NCBI GenBank assembly: GCA_964543385.1
Contig: CAZIYE010000004.1
Coordinates: forward strand, 17,233-49,232
Origin: an uncultured Candidatus Saccharibacteria bacterium
Lineage (GTDB): Bacteria > Patescibacteriota > UBA1384 > XYA2-FULL-43-10 > 1-14-0-10-43-13
Direction: 5' to 3'
Length of the DNA stretch: 32,000 nt
The notes beneath the pieces are model-generated. The model was not told the DNA's origin. It did no database searches and saw only the letters and a program-made list of their open reading frames with translations. Every line of letters starts with the position of its first letter. Within the stretch, counting starts at the first letter, position 1. This document shows, one piece after another, positions 16,980 through 25,528 of this stretch. A program made the position numbers and the translations under genes.

Positions 16980-17609
16980 ATGGCAACAGATCATTATAAA
17001 ACACTAGGCATTTCCAAAAATGCCACCACAGAAGAGATAAAGAAGGCTTATAGAAAGCTTGCTTTGCAATACCATCCTGATCGAGGCGGAGACAAAGAAT
17101 CGGAAAAAAAGTTCAAGGAAGTAAATGAAGCCTATCAGATCCTCTCGGATCCAGAAAAGAGGAAAAGATACGATCAATTCGGCGACGCAGCTTTCAAGGG
17201 AGGCGGATATAGCAGAGGTCAGGAATACGGAGGCTTTGACTTCTCCGGTTTTGGCGGAGGTGATTTTTCTGGTTTTGGCGGAGGGCTCGGGGATATTTTT
17301 GAAGATTTCTTTGGCCAGCAACTTTCACAAGTTCAGGCCGAGTTAAATATTACTCCTTCACAGGCTGTATTGGGTGACAAGATAAATCTAGAGGTTGGCG
17401 GAGAAAAAGTATCTCTTGATATTCCAGCAGGAGTCCAAAGCGGCATGTCATTTCGCTTTCCCGGAAAAGGTAGAGCATATAGAGGTGGCAAAAAGGGCGA
17501 TCTGATATTGACTATAAATATTCAAATGCCAAAACATATCTCCAAAGAGCAGCGTGAATTATGGGAAAAGCTTCGGGAATCTGAATCGAAGAAAAAGTGG
17601 TGGGGATAA
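16980..17609 (+). CDS. dnaJ: minimal DnaJ-like co-chaperone (J domain + G/F region + single C-terminal beta domain, no zinc finger)
   Basis: [12 protein letters not shown]...[15 protein letters not shown] (HPD motif), a G/F repeat ([15 protein letters not shown]), then one CTD-like segment ([23 protein letters not shown]). No CxxCxGxG repeats. Start at ATG 16980; ATG 16959 is an alternative; the ORF-track start at 16941 is TTG. Confidence 0.85.
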   Translation: MATDHYKTLGISKNATTEEIKKAYRKLALQYHPDRGGDKESEKKFKEVNEAYQILSDPEKRKRYDQFGDAAFKGGGYSRGQEYGGFDFSGFGGGDFSGFGGGLGDIFEDFFGQQLSQVQAELNITPSQAVLGDKINLEVGGEKVSLDIPAGVQSGMSFRFPGKGRAYRGGKKGDLILTINIQMPKHISKEQRELWEKLRESESKKKWWG

Positions 17610-17624
17610 GCCTTGGATAATTTG

Positions 17625-17653
17625 TTGACTTTACCCACCAATTATCCGATAAT
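17625..17653 (+). promoter_or_regulatory. candidate promoter for the two downstream membrane-protein genes
   Basis: TTGACT (17625-17630), a 17-nt spacer, then GATAAT (17648-17653). An 8-bp inverted repeat, GGATAATT (17615-17622) / AATTATCC (17640-17647), brackets the -35. Confidence 0.35.
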
Positions 17654-17703
17654 TAAATAAACAAATCTGGTGCTTTGCTTTATTACTTCGGAGGGATATA
17701 TTA

Positions 17704-18210
17704 ATGCAGCTTCCCAGTGTGGATGTGTTTATAGGTCTGTTTTTCCTTGTTGGTGTTGTTTATAGCTTTCTGTTGCAACGCGGCAGGACTATTACAACGC
17801 TATGTTCTGTATATATTGGCATCGTGATAGCCTCTAGTTTTTCGCAAACTGTGTTTGAATTTTTCAATGGCAATAAGGTGATCGCCAATCAAGTTTGGAT
17901 CAGGGGCAATACTTCCACATCTACTATTGCTATAGTGCTTTTCTTGGCCTCGATAGTGCTGGTCTCAGGAGCAATCAATTCTAAAAACAGTAAATCTGAT
18001 GATATTTCTGTCACAGAGGTTCTGGTCTATAGCGTCTTGATGATCGCATTGATGATCACTACCGTAATGGGATTCCTGCCAGAAGCAGCTAGAAATCACT
18101 ACATTGAATCATCCATAGTCGCCAAGTATATTTATGCATGGAGGACATTTTTTGTGATCATGCCACCCATCATGCTCATTATCTTAAACTGGAGAAAAGA
18201 TAAAAAATAA
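17704..18210 (+). CDS. polytopic membrane protein, CvpA-like (tentative)
   Basis: 168 aa with 4 predicted TM helices. The N-terminal pattern (VDVFIGLFFLVGVVYSF...RG) recalls the CvpA/colicin V production family. GGAGGG SD lies 8 nt upstream. Confidence 0.5.
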   Translation: MQLPSVDVFIGLFFLVGVVYSFLLQRGRTITTLCSVYIGIVIASSFSQTVFEFFNGNKVIANQVWIRGNTSTSTIAIVLFLASIVLVSGAINSKNSKSDDISVTEVLVYSVLMIALMITTVMGFLPEAARNHYIESSIVAKYIYAWRTFFVIMPPIMLIILNWRKDKK

Positions 18211-18221
18211 CTGGAGAAATT

Positions 18222-18575
18222 ATGCTCTTGCTTCGTTGGATTTTGAATACACTTATACTTATTTTAGTAGCTAGACTGACCCCTGGTATCGAGTTTACCT
18301 CTTTTTGGTCTGCATTGATTGCCTCGCTAGTTCTAGGACTCTTAAATGCGTTAATTAGACCTCTTATCCTATTATTAACACTTCCAATTAACATCTTAAC
18401 TCTCGGACTTTTCACTTTGATTATAAATGCACTGATGTTTTGGATAGCCAGCAATATTGTTAGGGGTTTTAATATCACTGACTTTACTTCAGCCTTTTTC
18501 GGTGCTTTAATTTATAGTGCAATTGTGATGATCATAAATTATCTCGAAAAACCAAGCATTAAGAAGATTAGATAG
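18222..18575 (+). CDS. DUF360 / YvlD-type (Phage_holin_4_2 family) membrane protein
   Basis: 117 aa with 4 TM helices. The sequence pattern (LRWILNTLILILVA.L.PGI....FWSALIASLVLGLLNALIRPLILLLTLPINILTLGLFTLIINALMFW) is typical of this family. Confidence 0.7.
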   Translation: MLLLRWILNTLILILVARLTPGIEFTSFWSALIASLVLGLLNALIRPLILLLTLPINILTLGLFTLIINALMFWIASNIVRGFNITDFTSAFFGALIYSAIVMIINYLEKPSIKKIR

Positions 18576-18612
18576 GCCTCATATTATATATTTGCTGAAC
18601 CCTGTTTTTCAA

Positions 18613-18641
18613 TTGACTTTATCGCCCAAAAGAGGTATTAT
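18613..18641 (+). promoter_or_regulatory. promoter for tRNA-Lys
   Basis: TTGACT (18613-18618), a 17-nt spacer, then TATTAT (18636-18641), about 27 nt upstream of the mature tRNA 5' end. Confidence 0.45.
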
Positions 18642-18668
18642 TCTATCAGTAAATTCACCTACCATTGT

Positions 18669-18743
18669 GGGCCGTTAGCTCAATGGTAGAGCAGTGGCCT
18701 TTTAAGCCATTGGTTCTGGGTTCGATCCCCAGGCGGCCCACCA
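18669..18743 (+). tRNA. tRNA-Lys (anticodon UUU), CCA encoded
   Basis: Manual cloverleaf: acceptor GGGCCGT/GCGGCCC, D arm GCTC-AATGGTA-GAGC, anticodon arm GTGGC-CTTTTAA-GCCAT, variable TGGTT, T arm CTGGG-TTCGATC-CCCAG, discriminator A, then CCA. Confidence 0.9.
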
Positions 18744-18751
18744 ATAAAAAC

Positions 18752-18777
18752 GCATCACAAAAGTGGTGTTTTTTTAT
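18752..18777 (+). terminator. intrinsic terminator after tRNA-Lys
   Basis: CATCAC (18753-18758) / GTGGTG (18763-18768) with one G-U pair, loop AAAA, followed by TTTTTTTAT. Confidence 0.6.
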
Positions 18778-18922
18778 TGTTTTTTATGTTCGACTCCTCG
18801 CTTGTCAACCAAAGATTTAATATCCCTAGAGATATTTTTTAAAACGGTAATTGCTTGACTATATCAATGCAAGGCTTTAGATTAGTAACTTGCTACTTTT
18901 ATTAATATACAAGAGATTACCA

Positions 18923-19669
18923 ATGAAATTAAATAAAAGATTAATATTGAAAAATTGGCGTGCTTATCTACTAGTCTTGTTTCTGCTTTTAGTTCTCGGT
19001 ACAAGAGGCGTTATCTACGCTAAAGATTTTAAAAATGCAAAACAGATAATCAGTAAAAATGAAGAAACTGCTGCAATCGCAACAGCAGCTGCCCCAGACA
19101 CAGCAAAGGAACTGGAACTCCCAGTCGAAATTCCGGTAGAGACTCCGAAGGCAGAAGTAGTATCTCCGCCAGCCACGAAAAAGACGACTACGTCGAGCAC
19201 TCCTGCCCCAACCCGCCGGCAAGCAACACCACTTAAAAATAATGTTGCACCATCAACTCCTACACCAGTGACAGCTCCTGTCCCAAAAGATGTTAATTTT
19301 TCTGTCAGTCAAATTATTGCACTTATAAACAATGAAAGAGCCAGGAATGGACTGCAACCAGTAATTGAAAATGGTCTTTTAAATCAAGCCGCCTATCTTA
19401 AGACTAAAGATATGTCAGACAATAATTATTTTGCTCATACTGCTCCAGATGGAACGGCTGATGTATATTTTGTAGAAAAAGTTGGCTACAAATACCAATC
19501 AATCGGATTCAATATAGCAAAGGGCGATTTCGGCAACTCTGCTGGTCTCGTACAAGCATGGATGGATAGTACGGGACATCGAGCAAATATTTTGGCAAAT
19601 TATGGCCAACAAATTGGGATCGGTATTTATGGTAAATACTACGTAATGATGATCGCAAAGGTGCTGTAA
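18923..19669 (+). CDS. secreted/anchored CAP (SCP/YkwD-like) domain protein with a Pro/Thr/Ala-rich linker
   Basis: Start at ATG 18923 (MKLNKRL; the ORF-track start at 18890 is TTG). Signal-anchor helix, low-complexity linker, then a CAP domain: INNERARNGLQP, YFAHTAPDG, WMDSTGHRANIL. Confidence 0.8.
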   Translation: MKLNKRLILKNWRAYLLVLFLLLVLGTRGVIYAKDFKNAKQIISKNEETAAIATAAAPDTAKELELPVEIPVETPKAEVVSPPATKKTTTSSTPAPTRRQATPLKNNVAPSTPTPVTAPVPKDVNFSVSQIIALINNERARNGLQPVIENGLLNQAAYLKTKDMSDNNYFAHTAPDGTADVYFVEKVGYKYQSIGFNIAKGDFGNSAGLVQAWMDSTGHRANILANYGQQIGIGIYGKYYVMMIAKVL

Positions 19670-19759
19670 TTGATTATAAGATAATTGTTATGCTCCGATA
19701 AAACTATCCTTTTTTTGCTACTTTTATTTCTTTCAAGCACAAAACTATTGTATTTTTCT

Positions 19760-19788
19760 TTGACACAATATTGATTTTGTGTTATACA
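19760..19788 (+). promoter_or_regulatory. promoter-like element of GC-rich cassette 2
   Basis: Consensus TTGACA (19760-19765), a 17-nt spacer, then TATACA (19783-19788) preceded by TG. It contains the same 12-mer TTTTGTGTTATA (19775-19786) as cassette 1. Confidence 0.45.
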
Positions 19789-19816
19789 TATGACATCCAA
19801 AAAGGAGGTTACCCCC

Positions 19817-20260
19817 ATGAGTATCTTTTCCTGTCCGACCCTCTGGATTGCCGTGATCGGTGCCCTTGGCGGCATCATTGCGCTGATCAAATCATTGGTG
19901 GCCAAATTTCGCAAGTCCAAAAGCAGCAATGCAACCCAGGACATAACAGTAGAGACAGAACAACTGTCACAGCAAGATATCGAGTATCTCATCCGGTGCC
20001 TGAATGATTCTTGCTATCGTGCGAGGATTCGCGCTGTCCATAACCTTGGCGAATTCAAAATCGCCTCATCATTACCAGCGCTGATAAAGCGAGCCGAAAA
20101 AGAAGACGATGAAGATGTCAAGGAAGAAATCGTCTACGCCTTGTCAAAAATCGCGACGCCAGAAGCAATCGAATATATCCGCGAAATGATTGAGGACGAT
20201 TGCGAAAATGTCCGCGAGGCTGCTGAAAGGTGCCTAAAAGCATTTACAGTAACCGCCTGA
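19817..20260 (+). CDS. N-terminally membrane-anchored HEAT-repeat (PBS-lyase HEAT-like) protein, compositionally atypical
   Basis: ATG 19817 lies 8 nt after AAGGAGG (19802-19808). TM helix LWIAVIGALGGIIALIKSLV followed by KFRKSK. HEAT-like repeats follow: ...RARIRAVHNLGEF...ALIKRAEKEDDEDVKEEIVYALSKI.TPEAIEYIREMIEDDCENVREAAERCL. The ORF-track ATG at 19790 sits in the -10 box with no SD. Confidence 0.65.
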   Translation: MSIFSCPTLWIAVIGALGGIIALIKSLVAKFRKSKSSNATQDITVETEQLSQQDIEYLIRCLNDSCYRARIRAVHNLGEFKIASSLPALIKRAEKEDDEDVKEEIVYALSKIATPEAIEYIREMIEDDCENVREAAERCLKAFTVTA

Positions 20261-20265
20261 TCCTG

Positions 20266-20304
20266 CCCCTAGCACAGAAACTCGTGCGAGGGGTTTCTGT
20301 TTTT
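20266..20304 (+). terminator. intrinsic terminator of cassette 2
   Basis: CCCCTAGCAC (20266-20275) / GTGCGAGGGG (20284-20293), 9 of 10 paired, with an 8-nt loop, followed by TTTCTGTTTTT. Confidence 0.6.
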
Positions 20305-20309
20305 AATGG

Positions 20310-20528
20310 CTATTTTTTGATTCTAAATATTATCTTTTTGTCGCTCTTAGCTGACTCCCCTGTTTCCAATTTCCGTGGGGACATAGCTCGAACTTTTTTT
20401 AGATCTATTATTTTGCCATCTTCGAGTATTACTTTGCCACTTTTGTGATCGGAAAACTTTCCGGTCATGGTCTGGCCGTCTTTAAAAATAATAAATATCG
20501 TAGTACCTTTTGAAAAACTAGTATGCAT
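20310..20528 (-). CDS. hypothetical 72-aa Lys-rich protein
   Basis: ORF with native (low-GC) composition, 6 nt downstream of the EamA gene stop and co-directional with it. No SD and no recognisable family (MHTSFSKGTTIFIIFKDGQTMTGKF...). Confidence 0.35.
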   Translation of the reverse strand: MHTSFSKGTTIFIIFKDGQTMTGKFSDHKSGKVILEDGKIIDLKKVRAMSPRKLETGESAKSDKKIIFRIKK

Positions 20529-20534
20529 ATTCGG

Positions 20535-21404
20535 TTATATTTTTGTCCTCTCCGCATATATACCGCCAGAAATTACCAATAATCCTCCGATCAATTGAAT
20601 AATAGTAATAGTCTCTCCTAGCAAAATAAAAGCCATCAGAGCGACAAAGACTGGTGTTGTAGAGTAAATCATCGATAGAAAAGATGCGGTGCAATATTTA
20701 TAAGCCTTAAACCTCACTGTCGCAGAGAGGATGCCAAAAAAGCTTAACAAGAGAAGAAGCCAAAGGGTATGCGGTATCGCAAATGACTTGGTCATAAAGG
20801 TCACTGCCACAACAGGCAGAAGTCCGAAAAGGAAGCTTCCCGAAGCGCTCAGCCCAGGACTCATGGTTTTTGCGGCAATTTTACCAAGTATTGTATTTCC
20901 AAAAGCGATTAAAGCAGCATTAAATAGAGTTAAGCCATCACCAATGCTTAGGCTTATGACTTTTCCACCGGTGGCGACAAGATATGCCCCTGTGAGTATC
21001 AACACCACAAGGATTATTTTTTTAAACGTAATCTTCTCTTTTAAGAAAATAGCAGCAAAACCGACAGTAAAAATCATCACTGATCTAATTAGAAATGAAT
21101 AGTTGATAGCTTGAGAATATTTGAGGGCATAGAATTCAACCATTGTTGCTAGAAGTGTTGCAATAATTCCAATTGATATAAGGATTAGATAATCCTTCTT
21201 GCTTGCTTTTTTGGCTTCTTCTTTTTTAGTAATAAATCTTCCAATCCAGAATGGCAATGAGATTATAGTTATCCAAAACATTATGTTTACTGGGTTCTCA
21301 CCAGCCCTAAGAATATATTTCGTTATTATAATGTTGACCGCCCATAAAAAAGCAGCCGATAAAGCTAGGATTGTGCCAGTTCTGAATTTAGATTCTTTAC
21401 TCAT
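20535..21404 (-). CDS. EamA/DMT-superfamily transporter
   Basis: 289 aa with about 10 TM helices arranged as two EamA-like halves. Overlaps the lepA stop by 8 nt. Confidence 0.8.
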   Translation of the reverse strand: MSKESKFRTGTILALSAAFLWAVNIIITKYILRAGENPVNIMFWITIISLPFWIGRFITKKEEAKKASKKDYLILISIGIIATLLATMVEFYALKYSQAINYSFLIRSVMIFTVGFAAIFLKEKITFKKIILVVLILTGAYLVATGGKVISLSIGDGLTLFNAALIAFGNTILGKIAAKTMSPGLSASGSFLFGLLPVVAVTFMTKSFAIPHTLWLLLLLSFFGILSATVRFKAYKYCTASFLSMIYSTTPVFVALMAFILLGETITIIQLIGGLLVISGGIYAERTKI

Positions 21405-23193
21405 TCCTTAGGACTTTTATAAAAACATCACTTGGTATTTCTACTTTACCAATCGATTTCATTTTTTTCTTACCCTTTTTTTGTTTATCTAAAAGCTTGT
21501 TTTTTCGAGTAATATCACCGCCATAAAGACCGATTGTTACATCTTTTCGAAAAGGCGAAATCCGTTCAGATCCGATGATCTTAGCACCGACTGAGGCCTG
21601 TATTTTTATTTCAAAATTTTGTCTAGGAATCAGTTCTTTTAAACGCTCAACTATTCTTTTTCCTTCGGAAAAAGTTTTACTTTTATGAGTAATGAAACTT
21701 AGTGCATCTACTCTCTCGAGGTTTATCAAGATATCTACACGCTCCAACTCTGCCGCACGATAGTCAATCATTTCATAACTCATAGAGGCATAGCCTTTGG
21801 AAACACTTTTGAGAGAATCATAGAGGTCAATGATGACTTCTGCTAATGGCACCTCATATCGAATTATTGCCCGAAGCTCATCAAGATATTCTAAATTTTT
21901 GAATACTGCTCTCTTTTTTTGAACAAGATCCATTAAATTACCTACGTAATCCTTAGGGGTAAATACTTCTAGTGAGACCCATGGTTCGCTAATTTCCCGA
22001 TAACAACTACGTTCCGGAAGATCACCGGGTTTTTCGAGCTCTGATTTTTCGCCAGAATTTAAGGTAAGAAAATATCGAACAGACGGGCTAGAAACTACAA
22101 GACCAAGATTGTATTCTCTTTCGAGTCGCTCTTTGACAATATCCATGTGCAAGAGCCCCAAGAAACCACAGCGAAAGCCGAAACCAAGTGCGTCAGATCG
22201 TTCAGTTTCATAGGTCAGAGAAGAATCATTTAGCTTAAGTTTTTCTATCGCCACCTTCAGTTCAGGATAGTCATCACCTTCCGTGCAATAAATAGAAGCA
22301 AAAACCGATGGTTGAATTCGTTTGTATCCAGGCAGGGGATAGATAGCAGGATTTTCTTTTAAAGTAATAGTATCGCCAACATGAGCCTCAGCAACTGATT
22401 TAAATCCAGTAACAATGTAGCCGATTTCGCCATCAGATAGGGGAGTGCAAGGAGAATATTTTGGTTTGAAATATCCGACCTCTATCGCCTCTCCCTCACT
22501 CTTTGTTTCCATCAAGAAAAATTTACTGCCTCTTTGGAGTTTGCCATCTATAACCCTGACATAGGCGACTACTCCGCGATAGGGATCGTAAACTGAGTCG
22601 AATATTAATGCCTTAGTTGGACTACTCGCCTCTCCTTTTGGTACGGGTATTTTTTCTACAATTTTATCGAGGATTTCTGCAACGCCCTGACCTGTTTTAC
22701 CAGAAGCCAAAAGGATATCCTCTTTTTTACAACCCAATATCTTGATAATTTCCTCAGAAACTTCATCTGGTCTTGCAGCTGGCAGATCAATTTTGTTTAG
22801 AACAGGAATGATATCGAGGTTATTTTCAATAGCTGAATAAAGCACGCTCAGAGTTTGTGCTTCCACTCCTTGCGAAGCGTCGACTAGCAAAATTGCCCCT
22901 TCGACAGCCGCGAGAGAGCGAGATACTTCGTATTGAAAATCGACGTGCCCCGGAGTATCAATCAAATTTAGGATTGTCCCCTTCCAATCCATTCTTACAG
23001 GGGCAAGCTTGATAGTAATGCCGCGTTCACGTTCGATATCCATCTGATCAAGAAGCTGCTCCTTCATTTCGCGCTTTTGGATAGTACCGGTAATTTCAAG
23101 CATTCGGTCAGCCAAAGTCGACTTACCGTGATCAATATGAGCAATAATACAGAAATTTCTGATATTTTTGTGGTTTTTTTCTTCCATGAGCAA
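21397..23193 (-). CDS. lepA: translation elongation factor 4 (LepA)
   Basis: IRNFCIIAHIDHGKSTLADR, DTPGHVDF, NKIDLP, and the LepA-specific C-terminal domain (...GGDITRKNKLLDKQKKGKKKMK). Confidence 0.97.
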   Translation of the reverse strand: MLMEEKNHKNIRNFCIIAHIDHGKSTLADRMLEITGTIQKREMKEQLLDQMDIERERGITIKLAPVRMDWKGTILNLIDTPGHVDFQYEVSRSLAAVEGAILLVDASQGVEAQTLSVLYSAIENNLDIIPVLNKIDLPAARPDEVSEEIIKILGCKKEDILLASGKTGQGVAEILDKIVEKIPVPKGEASSPTKALIFDSVYDPYRGVVAYVRVIDGKLQRGSKFFLMETKSEGEAIEVGYFKPKYSPCTPLSDGEIGYIVTGFKSVAEAHVGDTITLKENPAIYPLPGYKRIQPSVFASIYCTEGDDYPELKVAIEKLKLNDSSLTYETERSDALGFGFRCGFLGLLHMDIVKERLEREYNLGLVVSSPSVRYFLTLNSGEKSELEKPGDLPERSCYREISEPWVSLEVFTPKDYVGNLMDLVQKKRAVFKNLEYLDELRAIIRYEVPLAEVIIDLYDSLKSVSKGYASMSYEMIDYRAAELERVDILINLERVDALSFITHKSKTFSEGKRIVERLKELIPRQNFEIKIQASVGAKIIGSERISPFRKDVTIGLYGGDITRKNKLLDKQKKGKKKMKSIGKVEIPSDVFIKVLRNE

Positions 23194-23229
23194 ATACTAT
23201 AGCAGATTTGAGTTCAAATAGCCACTTTA

Positions 23230-24051
23230 TCAATCAGCAAAAATACTTGCCCAGAAACCCTTGTGATCCTTCTTTTTGATTTCCTGCTTCAGAAAAATAA
23301 TTTGAGTCTTTGCATATTCATCTGAAATTTGCCTTATCTCCTGCAAACGATCGAAACTATACCAGTTGAAATTATCAACCGGCGGCGCAAACAGAAAATC
23401 ACAATGTTTTGCTTCCAAATCTGCTAGTTCTTTTTGCATAATATCAAGCGCACGAAGAACAGTAGAGAATCTATTCAATTTATTTTTACCATTTTCCTGC
23501 TTGTTTATCTTGCCGACTTTATATAAAGATGATCCAATGACGAAATCAGATTTCTTATTTTTTAAAAGTCCGGCTGGTAGATTTCTGGTAATTGCTCCAT
23601 CAACCAATAATTTTCCATTAATCTCCTGGGGGGCAAAAACACCAGGATAGGCCGCTGATGCCATAATTGCATCAACTAAATTGCCAGACTTCAAAACAAC
23701 CATCTCACCATTTAGCATATCGCTCGCTACACAGGAAAAATCGATATCTAAATCATAAAACTTTTTTGCCTTAAGCGTTTTATCCAAGCTTTGTCTTACT
23801 TGAGCAAATAGTTTATCAGGCAAAGCAAACTTTAGGCTCGCCTTAGTAAAAACACCAGCCTTTTCTAAATCATCAAGAAACAATTCAGTTGATTTAGTTC
23901 CACCATCGGCAAAAAGAGCCCCTATGATAGCTCCGGCAGAGCAACCAGAGATAGAGCTTATTTTTATATTATTTCTTTCAATCTCTTTTAAGATGCTAAT
24001 GTGAGCAGCGCCCAAGACACCACCACCAGATAAAGCTAAACAAATTTTCAT
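23230..24051 (-). CDS. patatin-like phospholipase
   Basis: Start at ATG 24051 (MKICLALSGGGVLGAAH), preceded by GGAGGAG and overlapping the nfo TGA as ATGA. Oxyanion GGGxxG, nucleophile elbow GCSAG, and catalytic Asp in VDGAI. Confidence 0.85.
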   Translation of the reverse strand: MKICLALSGGGVLGAAHISILKEIERNNIKISSISGCSAGAIIGALFADGGTKSTELFLDDLEKAGVFTKASLKFALPDKLFAQVRQSLDKTLKAKKFYDLDIDFSCVASDMLNGEMVVLKSGNLVDAIMASAAYPGVFAPQEINGKLLVDGAITRNLPAGLLKNKKSDFVIGSSLYKVGKINKQENGKNKLNRFSTVLRALDIMQKELADLEAKHCDFLFAPPVDNFNWYSFDRLQEIRQISDEYAKTQIIFLKQEIKKKDHKGFWASIFAD

Positions 24052-24884
24052 TTCTCCTCCATACTTCTCAATGTTTTCAACTGCTCCGCCCAACTTAAAT
24101 TATCCTGTGGTGTTTCTAAAATACCAAATTTGTCTTTCAATTCTGGATGATTTATTATCCATCTAAACATCTCCAATCCGATCTCGCCGCTACCGATATC
24201 TGCATGACGATCTCTTTTCGAATTAATTGGCGTTTTAGAATCATTTAAATGGAATCCTACCAGTTTGTCTAAGCCAATTTCTTTTTCAAATTTAGCTATA
24301 AAATCATCAAGACCAGTTTTAGTATTTATACCATAGCCAGATTCAAAAGCATGTGCTGTATCCACCAAGACTTTGACCCTGGGTGAATTCACACTTTGTA
24401 TGATTTTACCGATTTCTTCGATAGTATCACCGATAATATTGCCTGCTCCGGCAGCATTTTCGATAATAAAAAAGGTTTCTTCTTCAGTTGCTGATAGAAT
24501 ATCTTTTATTGCTAAAGTCACTTTTGTCAGAACCTCATCAAAATCACGACCCTTTGTCGAGCCAAGATGCGTATTAACACCGAGGGCGCCAAGACTCTTT
24601 GCTTTTTTCATATCATCTATGAGCGATTTAATTGATTGCTCATAGAAAAAAGGATTTTCGCTAGCTAGATTAATCAGATAGATACTATGAATAATGATCG
24701 GTAGAATATTCGCTTTTTCATTTAGGCTATTGAATCTTGATATTTCCATCTCGGTAATTGCGACAGGATTCCATCGTTGTGGAGCATTAGCAAAAATTTG
24801 CATGCAATCGCAACCAATCTCCTGAGCTCGAAGCACAGAATCAGAGAAAGGTTTCGCTACTGAGATGTGGGCGCCGAATTTCAT
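24048..24884 (-). CDS. nfo: endonuclease IV (AP endonuclease family 2)
   Basis: 278-aa xylose-isomerase-like TIM barrel with Nfo-type metal ligand motifs (GAHIS, IHSIYLINLAS, VNTHLGS, IENAAG, DTAHAF, HLNDSK...DRHA.IG.GEIG). Confidence 0.9.
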   Translation of the reverse strand: MKFGAHISVAKPFSDSVLRAQEIGCDCMQIFANAPQRWNPVAITEMEISRFNSLNEKANILPIIIHSIYLINLASENPFFYEQSIKSLIDDMKKAKSLGALGVNTHLGSTKGRDFDEVLTKVTLAIKDILSATEEETFFIIENAAGAGNIIGDTIEEIGKIIQSVNSPRVKVLVDTAHAFESGYGINTKTGLDDFIAKFEKEIGLDKLVGFHLNDSKTPINSKRDRHADIGSGEIGLEMFRWIINHPELKDKFGILETPQDNLSWAEQLKTLRSMEEK

Positions 24885-24909
24885 AGTTTTATTTCGATTA
24901 ATTAAATCA

Positions 24910-25527
24910 CTAAAATCTGCCGAATTCTACTGCTAAAGATTCTAAATTCAGTATAGCATAAAAGCCACGATCAGCCGGAGCGAGCTTGATAATCTTTGTT
25001 TCGCCTAAATATGTGCATCCCCACTGGCTATGAACATGCCCACAGATATGGATTATTGGGGAATCAGAAAATTTTTTATTTGAGGTAGGGGATTGGCAAT
25101 CATTTCTTTGATAATTATGAACACCTGGGGGCGGCACATGGGAGATAAAGATACTGCCAGCAATACTTTTCCGATCAATCATGCTCTCGCCAGCATATTG
25201 CCCAGACCACGAGGCAGGGGACCCCCCTACTCCGGTAAAATTACGGCCTCCAAAATTTACAACTTTGCCCTCAAGTGTTTTGAATACATTATCAAGTTTA
25301 TAATAGCCACGACCGAAATCATTATTACCAGGCACCCAAAGAAAATTAAGCTTAGTATTTTTTACAACTTCAATAAATTTTTGCACAAAACCGACTGGCT
25401 CCCCCATATTTATTAGATCGCCAGCAAAGATAATTAGCCCAATTTCTTTATTATTGTTTAGATATTTGCCAATGTTATCGAGCTCACGGTAATTTGCATG
25501 AAGATCAGAGAATAGAAAAGCCTTCAT
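24910..25527 (-). CDS. calcineurin-like metallophosphoesterase
   Basis: SDLHAN, FAGDL, PGNNDF, SHVPP, CGHVH: the five conserved metallophosphoesterase blocks. 205 aa. Confidence 0.8.
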   Translation of the reverse strand: MKAFLFSDLHANYRELDNIGKYLNNNKEIGLIIFAGDLINMGEPVGFVQKFIEVVKNTKLNFLWVPGNNDFGRGYYKLDNVFKTLEGKVVNFGGRNFTGVGGSPASWSGQYAGESMIDRKSIAGSIFISHVPPPGVHNYQRNDCQSPTSNKKFSDSPIIHICGHVHSQWGCTYLGETKIIKLAPADRGFYAILNLESLAVEFGRF

Positions 25528-25528
25528 A

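Noticed and set aside
19639-20448. ORFs 19639-19992 (-), 19771-20007 (+), the ATG 19790 start for the HEAT protein, and 20230-20448 (+).
   Set aside because: These are shadow or out-of-frame ORFs over cassette 2 and over the terminator and convergent gene. ATG 19790 sits in the -10 box with no SD, whereas ATG 19817 follows AAGGAGG.
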